DNA of 52,816 nt from positions 1 through 52,816 of the IMG/VR virus record IMGVR_UViG_3300032284_000652, one strand, 5' to 3'. The DNA is from a virus. Taxonomy: Duplodnaviria; Caudoviricetes. Both the position numbers and the translations under genes were made by a program. The notes beneath the pieces are model-generated. The model was given only the letters and a program-made list of their open reading frames with translations, was not told the DNA's origin and ran no database searches. Below, piece after piece: positions 18,470 to 27,549 of the stretch. The first letter of the stretch is position 1, and the number at the start of each line of letters is the position of its first letter.

Positions 18470-21055
18470 ATGAACGAATCATTCGACCCCGACTTTTCGG
18501 GGATCACCGACTACGCCCGCCTGTACAGGTCACTGGGCCTGCAGGCGGTGCCCGCGCTCAGTCCGAAGCCCGGCGAGCAGTGGAAGCGCCCGGCCATCAA
18601 GTGGCGGGACCATGAGACGGCGCTGGCCGATCAGGCCACGTTCGACCAGTGGTTCGCGCCACGGCAGCGCCTGATCAATCTGGGCCTGATCACCGGCCGG
18701 TGCTCCAGCACCGTCATCAACGGCGTCCGCTACAAACTGTTCGTGGCTGACATGGACACCTACAAGTCCGACAAGGGGCCCCAGTGGCTTAACGCCCTGT
18801 GCGAGGTCCACAACAACGGCATGGAACTGGAGACGGTCACCCAGCGCACGGGCGGCGGTGGCCTGCAGATGTTCTTCTGGGCGCCATACGACTGGCAGGC
18901 CCCCACAAATCGTATCGCCGATCTGGACATGGACTTCCGGGGCGACGGGGGGTTTATCGTGGCCACCCCATCCCAGCACACCAGCGGCAATCCCTATGGC
19001 TTCCTGCTGGGCAGGGGGCCGCATGAGATCGAGATCATCATCGCCCCGGACTGGCTGCTGGAGGCTATCGACGGGCTGGTGGCCAAATACGGCGGCCGTG
19101 CCCCACAGATCGTCTCTGACGGCCAAGTCAGCCTGATCCGCACCCAAGCGCCCCAGAGCCAGCAGACGCTGTCTGGCCGCCTGCTGGACGGCCGGGAGGC
19201 CTACATGACGGCGCTGGTCTGGCGGGCGGTGTGCGACCTGCGGGCCGAGAGCCCGATCCTCGCCAACCTCGACGACGAGCGGGACGCCGCCTATCAGAGA
19301 TACGAGGACCATGTGGCCACGCGCATCCCGCCGGAAAACCGCCACAACATGACCCTCACTCAGGCCCTCGACGCCGAGGGCCGGGGCAAGGCCCTGTTCG
19401 ACCAGAAGTGGGCCACGGCCATCGCCCAGTGGGACACGCGGGTGAGGGAGGCAGTGGCGGCCCGACAGACCGCCCCGGAGCCCTTTCTCGTAGAGTACAT
19501 GGACCCCGAGACCGGGGAGGTTATCCAAGCCCCATACAAGGCCGCAGAGCCGCAGGACGACGATCCGGCTGTCACGCCCCCAGGGCATGGCTCAACGCCC
19601 CCAGGGCAGGGCTCAACGCCCGCCAGCGTCCTCCCTGAGCCGATCACGAATGTCTGGGACCCGTGGGAGCGGTTCCCCGTCCCCAAGTTTCCCCTCGATA
19701 CCCTGCCGCCGAAGGTCCGGGCCTATGTCGAGGTCAGCGCTCTGAGCGTGGGGGCCGATGTCAGCGCCTGCGCCATGACGGCGCTGGGCGTGGCGGGGTC
19801 GGCCATCGACCAGTCCTTCAGGCTCAAGATGCGCAAGGGCGGGACGTGGACCGTGCCCCCGATCCTGTGGATCATGCTGTTCGGCGATCCCAGCACCAAG
19901 AAGACCCCCGTCATCAAGCAGTTTCTGTGGGCTCTGGAGCGCGTTGAGGCCGACGCCCGCAAGGCCTACCAGCGTGAGGTCGCCCGGTGGCAGGCGGACG
20001 GCGGCAAGAAGGGCGATGGAGAGGAGCCCGAGAAGCCCACCCGCTACATCACGTCCGACGCCACGGTGGAGAAGATCGCCGACATCCTCACACGTCAGGA
20101 CCGGGGCATCCTGAACCACCGGGATGAGATGTCAGGCTGGTTCGCGGCCATCGACGGCAGCAAGAGCGGCAAGGAGGCGGAGAAGTCGTTCTGGACGAAG
20201 GCCTACAATGGCAACAGCCACGCAGTGGACCGCGTCATGCGCGGCGAGACGTTTGTCTCCAACCTCGCCGTATCCATCATCGGCGGCATGCAGCCGTCCG
20301 AGATGTCACGCATCCCTGACATGACCTCGAACGGCCTCATGCAGCGGTTCCTGCCGGTGGTCATGCGTCCGGCCGTCAAGGGGCGGGATGTGGATGACAC
20401 GCTGGAGGCGACGCAGTGGGAGACCATCATCCGCCGCCTCACGTCCCTGCAGCCTCACAATCTCATCGCCAGCCCGCAGGCCGTGGAGGTGTTTGACCGA
20501 TTTCAGGACCACTGCCTGTCGCTAGAGCGCGTCGAGGGGCTGGGGTCGAAGTTCACGACCTTCGTGGGCAAGCTGGCGGGCATGCAGGGCGCTCTCAGCC
20601 TCATCATGCACCTGATCGACTACAGGTGGGGCGAGCCCGTCTCCGGCGATGCTGCAGCCCGCGCGGAGCGCATCCTGACGCGCTTCGCCATCCCTCACGC
20701 CATGGCGTTCTACGGCGAGCACGGAGATGCGGGGGATATCGATGACCTGCGCTCCGTCGCCAGCTTCGTCCTGACCAGCGACAAGGACAGGTTCACGGCC
20801 CGCGACTTCACCCAGAACAGCCACAAGCTGCGGGGGCTGGGCATGTGGGAGATGGCCAAGCACATCAGCCCGCTGGTGGCCAATGGCTGGCTGGAGGAGG
20901 AGTACGCCAAGGGCGGGGGCGGCGTAAAGGCGTGGCTCATGCGTCCGGGCATCCGTGAGGCACTGCAGGCGCGGCGCGCGGAGCAGAAGGCCGACCGGCG
21001 CAGGCAGGCGGAGTTTCTGGCCGAGATGCGTCGGAATGCGGCGGAGGAGCCGTAA
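18470..21055 (+). CDS. Primase-polymerase (Prim-Pol) fused to DUF3987/YfjI-like helicase domain
   Basis: NLGLITG, ADMD, RTGGGGLQMFF, DFRGDGGFIVATPSQH; then GDPSTKKTP, SDATVEK, RDEMSGW, IGGMQP, NGLMQRFL. Confidence 0.88.
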   Translation: MNESFDPDFSGITDYARLYRSLGLQAVPALSPKPGEQWKRPAIKWRDHETALADQATFDQWFAPRQRLINLGLITGRCSSTVINGVRYKLFVADMDTYKSDKGPQWLNALCEVHNNGMELETVTQRTGGGGLQMFFWAPYDWQAPTNRIADLDMDFRGDGGFIVATPSQHTSGNPYGFLLGRGPHEIEIIIAPDWLLEAIDGLVAKYGGRAPQIVSDGQVSLIRTQAPQSQQTLSGRLLDGREAYMTALVWRAVCDLRAESPILANLDDERDAAYQRYEDHVATRIPPENRHNMTLTQALDAEGRGKALFDQKWATAIAQWDTRVREAVAARQTAPEPFLVEYMDPETGEVIQAPYKAAEPQDDDPAVTPPGHGSTPPGQGSTPASVLPEPITNVWDPWERFPVPKFPLDTLPPKVRAYVEVSALSVGADVSACAMTALGVAGSAIDQSFRLKMRKGGTWTVPPILWIMLFGDPSTKKTPVIKQFLWALERVEADARKAYQREVARWQADGGKKGDGEEPEKPTRYITSDATVEKIADILTRQDRGILNHRDEMSGWFAAIDGSKSGKEAEKSFWTKAYNGNSHAVDRVMRGETFVSNLAVSIIGGMQPSEMSRIPDMTSNGLMQRFLPVVMRPAVKGRDVDDTLEATQWETIIRRLTSLQPHNLIASPQAVEVFDRFQDHCLSLERVEGLGSKFTTFVGKLAGMQGALSLIMHLIDYRWGEPVSGDAAARAERILTRFAIPHAMAFYGEHGDAGDIDDLRSVASFVLTSDKDRFTARDFTQNSHKLRGLGMWEMAKHISPLVANGWLEEEYAKGGGGVKAWLMRPGIREALQARRAEQKADRRRQAEFLAEMRRNAAEEP

Positions 21056-21164
21056 ATGTTGGCAATGTTGGTACGCGCGCACTAGAGTATATATGATTTC
21101 TCTCTCTCTCTTTGGAATGCGCACATATATGGGGCCTTCGCGCGTACCAACATGTTCAACATTT
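21054..21164. other. Long inverted repeat, candidate replication origin
   Basis: 26-bp arms (21054-21079 and 21139-21164, 23/26 match) around an AT/CT-rich core, directly after the primase-helicase gene. Confidence 0.6.
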
Positions 21165-21499
21165 TGGAGGACCACACGCCTGATGAATTGGCCGATGGGA
21201 ACGAGATCGACGACCACATGTACAATGGCTAGTTCAGCCACCGCACGGCCAAGCAGTGGCGGGCCCTGCGCGCCAACCTGCGCCGGGAGTACATCCAGTG
21301 CCTCAGCGATCTCGCCAATGAAATCGTGCGCGACCTCGGCGAGGTGTCGAACAACAAGGGGCGCATGTCGTGGGCCACGCAGGAGCTTCTGGACGACCTG
21401 TCCCAGCTTCTGGTGGACATCGATGGGGACAAGGACGCAGCCCGCCGCAGCGGCGCTACGCTCGACCGTGTGAGGCGCAAGAAAAACGGAACGGTTTAG
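21152..21499 (+). pseudogene. Small gene interrupted by an in-frame TAG
   Basis: MFNILEDH...MYNG-stop-FSHRTAKQWRALRANLRREY...RKKNGTV; TAG at 21230-21232; phage-like codon usage downstream. Confidence 0.5.
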
Positions 21500-21605
21500 C
21501 AACGCCAACAGTCCACTTTGTTGAACAATATCTGAAATGTAAACAACACTTTACATCGTTCGGCAGTCGGCAAGTTCCGCCTCCGGCTATAAAGAGGGAA
21601 ATCGC

Positions 21606-22211
21606 ATGAGGCAGAAGCGGGATGAGAAGTGGACGCCGGAGCCGCGTCCGCCCATCAAAGCAGAGTGGCTGTCCAGCCATGGGGCCATGCTGTCAGGGCA
21701 GGCGTGGGTCGATGAGATGGACGTCGTCGCCCGCGACATGGAGCGGAAGTGGGGCGTGGACAGGCTGCGGCTGCTGGTCGGCCCTGAGCTTCGCGAGAAG
21801 TTTGACCGGCAGCGGTACAAGGTCAACCACGCCATGCATACCGGCGGCATCGAGGACGTGAAGCGCGAGTGCCAGCGCATGATCAAGGCATGGCAGGCGT
21901 GCGACCGTGCGGCCCGTGAGGCGGGCCACAAGCCTATCGATCCGCAGGTGTGGGAGATCGGCCTCGCTGACGGCTCTGTGCTGGCGCTGTGCCGGTCACA
22001 CGACGACGCGCGGGCCTACCAGCCCGGCGACCGTCGCGTGGTCGTGTGGACGCTGGAGGAGGTCGCCAGCATGGTGTGCGGCGCGCACTTCGTGCAGTCG
22101 GTCAAGCGGGAGTTCCCCGGCGCGTTCGTGACGGCGGCGCGCTCGACCATCGCCGACCCGCTGCGCGCGGTGGACGCGAGCGACCCGCTCGACGATCCAC
22201 TGCCGTTCTGA
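21606..22211 (+). CDS. Hypothetical phage protein
   Basis: RBS gaggg; MERKWGVDRL...DDPLPF. Confidence 0.8.
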   Translation: MRQKRDEKWTPEPRPPIKAEWLSSHGAMLSGQAWVDEMDVVARDMERKWGVDRLRLLVGPELREKFDRQRYKVNHAMHTGGIEDVKRECQRMIKAWQACDRAAREAGHKPIDPQVWEIGLADGSVLALCRSHDDARAYQPGDRRVVVWTLEEVASMVCGAHFVQSVKREFPGAFVTAARSTIADPLRAVDASDPLDDPLPF

Positions 22212-22318
22212 TGCCCATAGATGAAATCTATCGGCTCAAAATGGGTTGCCGATAATATAATTTTAGGCGCGAAAATCTGATAGAGTGCGTCTATGGGCAT
22301 CCATCAAGGGAGTGATTC

Positions 22319-22711
22319 ATGGACAGCATTGAAGAGTGGCGCGACATCCCCGGCGAGGCCGGGTATCAGGCATCGAACCTTGGCCGCATCAAGGGCAGGC
22401 GTGGCGTGCTGAAGCCGTCGTTCAATCCCGTCTCCGGCCACGGCACGGTGACGGTATCGGACAGGCGCACGCGGTACGTCCACCACATGGTCTGCATCGC
22501 CTTCCACGGCCTGCGCCCGGCTGACAGGCCGGTCTGCCTGCACCTCGACGGCGACAGCGCCAACAACCGCGCCGACAACCTCGCGTGGGGCACGCACAAG
22601 GAAAACGCCGCCCACCGCATGCGTGACCACGGGCGCATCATCGCCGAGGTCCGCGCACTGCGGTCGGAGGTCGGCGACCTGCGCCGCCGCCTCGAAGCCC
22701 TCGAACGGTAG
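22319..22711 (+). CDS. NUMOD4-HNH endonuclease
   Basis: EEWRDIPG..GYQASNLGRI (NUMOD4); VH..V..AF...HLDGDSANNRADNL.WGT..EN (HNH). Confidence 0.9.
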   Translation: MDSIEEWRDIPGEAGYQASNLGRIKGRRGVLKPSFNPVSGHGTVTVSDRRTRYVHHMVCIAFHGLRPADRPVCLHLDGDSANNRADNLAWGTHKENAAHRMRDHGRIIAEVRALRSEVGDLRRRLEALER

Positions 22712-22799
22712 CGGCCCGCCTCCCGCACGCCGCATGATCGTCCGTGTGCGGACGGTCGTGCGGCACGTCGGCGGCGCGCTCGACCGCGTCGAGGCAAAC

Positions 22800-23068
22800 G
22801 CGCTTGACATCAGAAAACCCAATGAAATCAATAGTTTTGCCCTCGTCGCCGTGGCGAGGCGGCCCCCCGGCACCCCCCCGCGCTGGGATTGAAGATACTA
22901 TATGAGGTTACCGCGCGCGCACCGCGAACATACCACAAAAACCAACCCATCAAAAAACAAAAACCCAATAATTTCAATAGCTTGACCCCCCGCACCCCCA
23001 AATGACCCCCCACCCCATCAAGTAAAAAGCGACCGGGGGGGGTACCCAGAATACCCCCATTGCCGGGG
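22800..23068. other. Non-coding region with direct repeats and G/C tracts, candidate packaging initiation/genome end
   Basis: AAAACCCAATnAnnTCAATAG at 22814 and 22960; poly-C and poly-G runs; GGGGGGGTACCC near 23036-23047. Confidence 0.45.
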
Positions 23069-23097
23069 TAGACAGGGCGTAACGGCCTATGTTACCG
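23069..23097 (+). promoter_or_regulatory. Degenerate copy of the early promoter cassette
   Basis: TAGACA-GGGCGTAACGGCCTATG aligns with TTGACA-GGGCCTAAGGCCCTATG at 12205; ATCGGAGA follows at 23115. Confidence 0.6.
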
Positions 23098-23130
23098 TGC
23101 CGGACCTTAACCCTATCGGAGAATGAAGCC

Positions 23131-23295
23131 ATGGAAAACAAGACCTTGCCCCTGCTGCCCTATGAGGTGGCCGAACTGACGCCCCGCACGCCGATCTGGC
23201 TGCGGGTGTTTTGCTTTGTGATGCAGGCTTTGGCCGTGGTGTCATTCATGGCGACCATGCTGGTGATTGTGGCGTTCGTGGAGGCTAGCCGGTGA
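23131..23295 (+). CDS. Small membrane protein
   Basis: RBS; one long hydrophobic segment. Confidence 0.65.
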   Translation: MENKTLPLLPYEVAELTPRTPIWLRVFCFVMQALAVVSFMATMLVIVAFVEASR

Positions 23296-23507
23296 CGACG
23301 GAGGAGTACCGCGACCTTCTGGACCGCAACCGCCTGCGTCAGGTGGACGCGGCGTGGATGTGTGGGATCGGGGAGCGGCATGCGCGCAGCATTGCGCTGG
23401 GGAAGTTCCCGGTGCCGCAATATGTGGCCGTGATCTTGATGGCGTATGACGAGGGGCTGATTGATGGCCAGTGGCTGGTCCGGCACATCGACCGGCCGGT
23501 GCCGTAG
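23292..23507 (+). CDS. Small HTH-like DNA-binding protein
   Basis: MTTEEYR..L....LRQVDAAWMCGIGERHARSI..G..PVP, Cro/XRE-like. Confidence 0.65.
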   Translation: MTTEEYRDLLDRNRLRQVDAAWMCGIGERHARSIALGKFPVPQYVAVILMAYDEGLIDGQWLVRHIDRPVP

Positions 23508-23513
23508 AGGAGG

Positions 23514-23804
23514 ATGATGAAGATGAAGATCGGACTGAGTATCGCGGCGATTGCCGTGCTTCTGGCGGGCTGCACGCAATCGCAGCCTGATGTGGCCGAG
23601 CAGCTTTCGGGCTACGGCATGACCAACGTCCAGACGGACGGGTATGACTTTTTTGCGTGCGGGCATGATGACACGTTCGCCACGCGCTTCAAGGCATTCA
23701 ACTCGCAAGGAATGCCGGTGTCGGGGGTCTTGTGCTTCGGCTGGTTCAGGGGCGGCGCCGTGCGCAATCTGCGCGTCAAGCAAATGGGGGGGAAACTGAC
23801 ATGA
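23514..23804 (+). CDS. Putative lipoprotein
   Basis: Signal peptide with lipobox LLAGC. Confidence 0.75.
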   Translation: MMKMKIGLSIAAIAVLLAGCTQSQPDVAEQLSGYGMTNVQTDGYDFFACGHDDTFATRFKAFNSQGMPVSGVLCFGWFRGGAVRNLRVKQMGGKLT

Positions 23805-23995
23805 GTACGATCAAGACCAGGGCCGAATTGACGGCCGAGATCGAGGAATTGAAGGGGCGCGCTGCCTCCTTGGTGAAGGAGTGCGACCACCTGCGCGGTG
23901 TGCTGAACTGCACGCTGGATGCCAATGTGGCGCTGCTGCAGGACTTGTTCCGCATTCCCAACTGGGTGCAGTGGCTCTTCGGGGTGCGGTGGTAG
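23801..23995 (+). CDS. Hypothetical protein
   Basis: ATGA coupling. Confidence 0.6.
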   Translation: MSTIKTRAELTAEIEELKGRAASLVKECDHLRGVLNCTLDANVALLQDLFRIPNWVQWLFGVRW

Positions 23996-23996
23996 G

Positions 23997-24248
23997 ATGG
24001 CCCTGACCGTCTGGTACAAGTGGACGTGCGATATCTGCAAGGGCGAGATCGCCAGTCCGTTCAACGACAAGACCAACGAGAAGACCAACGAGAAGACCTA
24101 CATGTCGGGGGCGGACCTGACGAGGCTGCCGCCGGTGGTCCGGTATGGGATGCAGGCCGGACACTGGGCCCTGTGCGACGAGTGCTGGGGCCCCATTGCG
24201 GACGCGCTGGAGAAGCGCGTTGCGGAGATGAAGGATATCAGAAAATGA
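23997..24248 (+). CDS. Small zinc-finger-like protein
   Basis: CDIC...CDEC; contains a 12-bp duplication (KTNE x2). Confidence 0.6.
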   Translation: MALTVWYKWTCDICKGEIASPFNDKTNEKTNEKTYMSGADLTRLPPVVRYGMQAGHWALCDECWGPIADALEKRVAEMKDIRK

Positions 24249-24577
24249 ACGAGTGCCAGAATTGTTTTTTCAGCCGGGTGACGACGCCCTCGCCGCACCT
24301 GCGGCCGAAGCTGACGTGCCGTGCGGCGCTGCCGTCCGTGGCGGAGGAGTATGTGTGGCCGGTGGTGCCGGGCGACGGGTGGTGTACGCACCACCGGCGG
24401 GCGAACGCGGACAAGGCGGCCACCGAGACTGAGGCAGCCATGCTGGAGATTGAGACTGAGGCAGCCATGCTGGAGATTGAGACTGAGGCGGCCATGCTGG
24501 AGATTGAGACTGAGGCGGCCATGCTGGAGATTGAGACTGCGGCCGCGCCGGTCAAGCCGAGGGGGAAGAAGGCATGA
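24245..24577 (+). CDS. Cys-motif protein with 9-aa tandem repeat
   Basis: CQNC...C...WPVV...WC..H then (ETEAAMLEI)x4. Confidence 0.65.
   Translation: MNECQNCFFSRVTTPSPHLRPKLTCRAALPSVAEEYVWPVVPGDGWCTHHRRANADKAATETEAAMLEIETEAAMLEIETEAAMLEIETEAAMLEIETAAAPVKPRGKKA
24425..24539 (+). repeat. 27-bp tandem repeat, ~4.3 copies
   Basis: gagactgaggc[ag]gccatgctggagatt at 24425, 24452, 24479, 24506, partial at 24533. Confidence 0.95.
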
Positions 24578-24819
24578 GTGAGATGCCGGAAGACATGGCC
24601 CGCGCCTATGCCGAGGCCTACCCCGACCGCGTGCCGGAGTATGTGCGGACCCGCGTGTGGGAGGCGGGGAAGAACTCCGCCGCCCGCATCACGGAGTTGG
24701 AGAAGCAACTTCAGTTTTACGCCGACGAGCATACCAAAGCGGGCAAATCGGAGAAGGCCGCGACCAATCAGCGTTTCGCCGATCTGTGCCGCTTTCACGC
24801 TGCGGAGGGTGAGGGATGA
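24574..24819 (+). CDS. Hypothetical protein
   Basis: ATGA coupling; ends AAEGEG. Confidence 0.6.
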   Translation: MSEMPEDMARAYAEAYPDRVPEYVRTRVWEAGKNSAARITELEKQLQFYADEHTKAGKSEKAATNQRFADLCRFHAAEGEG

Positions 24820-25007
24820 CTGTTTTCTTCTCGGTCGTGTTCGCGTGGGCCACGTTCGCGACCGGCGCGTCCATTTATTTGGCGAACCAATTGAACAACG
24901 AACAGCGCATGTGCATCAGGCGCGAGGAGTTCATCGCCCTACGCGGCTTGTGGCCCGAATTTAGTCAGTGGTTGTCGGAGCCTGACGCTGCGGAGGGTGA
25001 AGGATGA
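24816..25007 (+). CDS. Small membrane protein
   Basis: ATGA coupling; hydrophobic N-terminus; ends AAEGEG. Confidence 0.55.
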   Translation: MTVFFSVVFAWATFATGASIYLANQLNNEQRMCIRREEFIALRGLWPEFSQWLSEPDAAEGEG

Positions 25008-25198
25008 AAGACATTATCAGCCGAATGCCCGCATCCGATTGGGACGCGATTGTGCAGAACGATCCGCTAATCAGCAACGCTGCGGAGGATAAGAGCCATG
25101 ACGCTTAGAGATGCACTTGTAGACATTCTTTTGGACGCCGAGGCGTCTCATATATCCGGTCCCGCCGACATCATCCTCGCCGCTCTAGAAGGTGAGCC

Positions 25199-25714
25199 GT
25201 GACGAAAAAAATGATCAAGCGCCCGAGGGGCAACAAGCCCCACGTTCCGAACGGCAGGACCCGCGAGGCCGTCCGTGAGGCTTGCGCCAAGGGCATGACG
25301 CAGCCCGAGATCGGGGCCTTCATGGGCATTACCGACCGGACGCTGCGGAAATACTACAAGATCGAGCTTCGCGAAGGAAAGTACAGTTCGATCCTGAAGG
25401 TGGCGGACAAGCTGTTTTCCATCGCCATGGCCGAAGACAAGGAAACCGTCAGCCAGCAACTGGCCGCCAGCATCTTCATTTTGAAGACCCAAGGCGGCTG
25501 GCGTGAGGTCAACCGCACGGAGATCACCGGCAAGGACGGCGGGGCCATCAAGATCGAGGCGTCACGGGCCGTTCTGGACCCCCGCGACATGTCGCCGGAG
25601 GCGCGGGAGGAGTTCCGGGCCCTGCTGGAGGGCAAGATGGCCGAGATCGAGCAGGACGAAGCTATCGACGGCGAGTATGAAGAGATTGAGGACGACGACG
25701 GCGAGGAAGAATGA
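25199..25714 (+). CDS. terS: Terminase small subunit
   Basis: N-terminal HTH, ASIFILKTQGGWRE..R.EITGKDGGAIKI motif, directly upstream of terL. Confidence 0.85.
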   Translation: MTKKMIKRPRGNKPHVPNGRTREAVREACAKGMTQPEIGAFMGITDRTLRKYYKIELREGKYSSILKVADKLFSIAMAEDKETVSQQLAASIFILKTQGGWREVNRTEITGKDGGAIKIEASRAVLDPRDMSPEAREEFRALLEGKMAEIEQDEAIDGEYEEIEDDDGEEE

Positions 25715-27324
25715 CCGCGTTTGCCAGTTTCAACGGCGTCGATATCGACATCAAGGCCCAACTGAAGGCCTTGGACCGGGCTGAGTACGAGGACAGCCTG
25801 TACCTGTTCCTCACTCAAGCGTGGAAGTACATCGATTCGTCGCCGTGGACGGACGGGTGGGCAATTGAAGCAATTGCAGAGCATTTGCAGGCCGTTGCTG
25901 ATGGAGAAATTAAAAGACTTATAATAAATGTACCGCCTCGGTGTGGAAAATCTACAATTACATCTGTTGCATTTCCTGCTTGGGTATGGGCTCAACCTTA
26001 TCGCGGGCCGACGTCAGGCCCCGGAGTGCAGTTCCTGCACGCCTCCTACGCCCAGCAGTTGACCCTGCGGGACAGCGTGAAGTGCCGCAGGCTCATTGAA
26101 TCGCCGTGGTATCAGGACGTGTGGGGCGAGCGGTTCACGCTCAACAGCGACCAGAACACCAAGAGCCGCTTCTCCAACGATCAGGGCGGCGAGCGCCTGA
26201 TTACGTCGGTCGGCGCGGCCGTGACGGGTGAAGGCGGCTCGATCATCGTGGTCGACGACCCCAACGCGGCGTCGGAGGCCTTCTCCGAGGCCACCATTCA
26301 GGCCACCATCGACTGGTGGGACGGCGCCATGAGCACCCGCCTGAACGATCCGAAGACCGGCGCGTTCGTGATCATCCAGCAGCGCCTCGCCGAGGACGAC
26401 CTGACCGGCCACATCCTGTCGAAGGACGTGGGCGACTGGACGCATTTGTGCTTGCCCATGCGGTATGAGCCCGAGCGGGCGTTCCAGACCCGCATTGGAT
26501 GGAACGATCCCCGCACGACGCCCAACGAATTGCTGTGGCCGGAGCGGTTTGGCGAGCCGGAAGTCAATCTGCTGGAGAAGCAGCTTGGCCCTTTCAGCGC
26601 CGCCGGTCAGCTTCAACAGCGGCCTGAGCCCGCCGGGGGCGGTGTCATCAAGCGGGACTGGTGGAAGCTGTGGGACAGCCCCGTTTTCCCGCCCATGGAC
26701 TTCATCATCGCCTCTCTGGACACCGCCTATACCCTGAAAACGTCGAACGACTTCTCCGCCATGACCGTATGGGGGGTATTCTCCGGCGACACGGTGGCCA
26801 ATGACATCCGGGGCATGGATGGCACGGTCGAGCGGCGCTACACCGAAGACGTGCCCCGCGTCATGCTCATGTTTGCGTGGCAGAAGCGGCTGGAACTGCA
26901 CGAACTGGTCGAGGAAGTAGCGTCAACCTGCCGAAGATTGAAGGTCGATAAGCTGATTATCGAAAACAAGGCCGCCGGGCACTCGGTGAGCCAAGAATTG
27001 CGCCGACTTTACAACAATGAGCGGTTTTCCGTCCAGCTTCACGACCCCAAGAGCATCGACAAGCTGTCGCGCCTATACTCGGTGCAGCATTTGTTCTCCG
27101 AGGGCATGGTATTTGCCCCCGACAAGGCTTGGGCTGAGATGACCATGACCCAAGTGGGCCAGTTCCCAAAGGGCAAGCACGATGACATAGTGGATACTGT
27201 GTCTCAAGCCTTGCGGCACCTGCGCGATCTGGGCCTTTTGACCCGAGCGCCAGAGCGTATTGAAGAAATTGAGGCCATGAAGGCATACCCCGGCGGCCGT
27301 GAACAGCCGCTCTACCCTGCGTGA
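25711..27324 (+). CDS. terL: Terminase large subunit
   Basis: Walker A NVPPRCGKS, Walker B IIVVDDP, IQQR, nuclease motifs SLDTA, IENKAAG and FPKGKHDDIVD. Confidence 0.97.
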   Translation: MTAFASFNGVDIDIKAQLKALDRAEYEDSLYLFLTQAWKYIDSSPWTDGWAIEAIAEHLQAVADGEIKRLIINVPPRCGKSTITSVAFPAWVWAQPYRGPTSGPGVQFLHASYAQQLTLRDSVKCRRLIESPWYQDVWGERFTLNSDQNTKSRFSNDQGGERLITSVGAAVTGEGGSIIVVDDPNAASEAFSEATIQATIDWWDGAMSTRLNDPKTGAFVIIQQRLAEDDLTGHILSKDVGDWTHLCLPMRYEPERAFQTRIGWNDPRTTPNELLWPERFGEPEVNLLEKQLGPFSAAGQLQQRPEPAGGGVIKRDWWKLWDSPVFPPMDFIIASLDTAYTLKTSNDFSAMTVWGVFSGDTVANDIRGMDGTVERRYTEDVPRVMLMFAWQKRLELHELVEEVASTCRRLKVDKLIIENKAAGHSVSQELRRLYNNERFSVQLHDPKSIDKLSRLYSVQHLFSEGMVFAPDKAWAEMTMTQVGQFPKGKHDDIVDTVSQALRHLRDLGLLTRAPERIEEIEAMKAYPGGREQPLYPA

Positions 27325-27548
27325 GGCTGGAAATGATCGAGCAGACCCAAGTCAAGGCCAGCGCCACGGCCGAGATGGTGAAATTCGGAAATCCGCCGAC
27401 GTGGGAAGTGTCGGTCTGGGGCGAGGAGCCCCACGACCACCGCCGCAGCTACATCATCAAGACGAAAACTGATAATGATGCCGCGTTTGAGGGCATCCGC
27501 CTCTTTGTGGAGGAAATGGAAAACCTCGACTCTGTAAAGGACGCCTGA
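27321..27548 (+). CDS. Hypothetical protein
   Basis: Fills the terL-portal gap; coupled start. Confidence 0.6.
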   Translation: MRLEMIEQTQVKASATAEMVKFGNPPTWEVSVWGEEPHDHRRSYIIKTKTDNDAAFEGIRLFVEEMENLDSVKDA

Positions 27549-27549
27549 A

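Noticed and set aside
21230-21232. Genome-wide amber recoding
   Set aside because: Core genes are intact under the standard code, several end in TAG, and no suppressor tRNA is visible.
24425-24539. Possible CRISPR array (also considered for the 45-bp terminal repeat)
   Set aside because: Repeats are head-to-tail with no spacers, are in frame within genes, and there is no cas operon.
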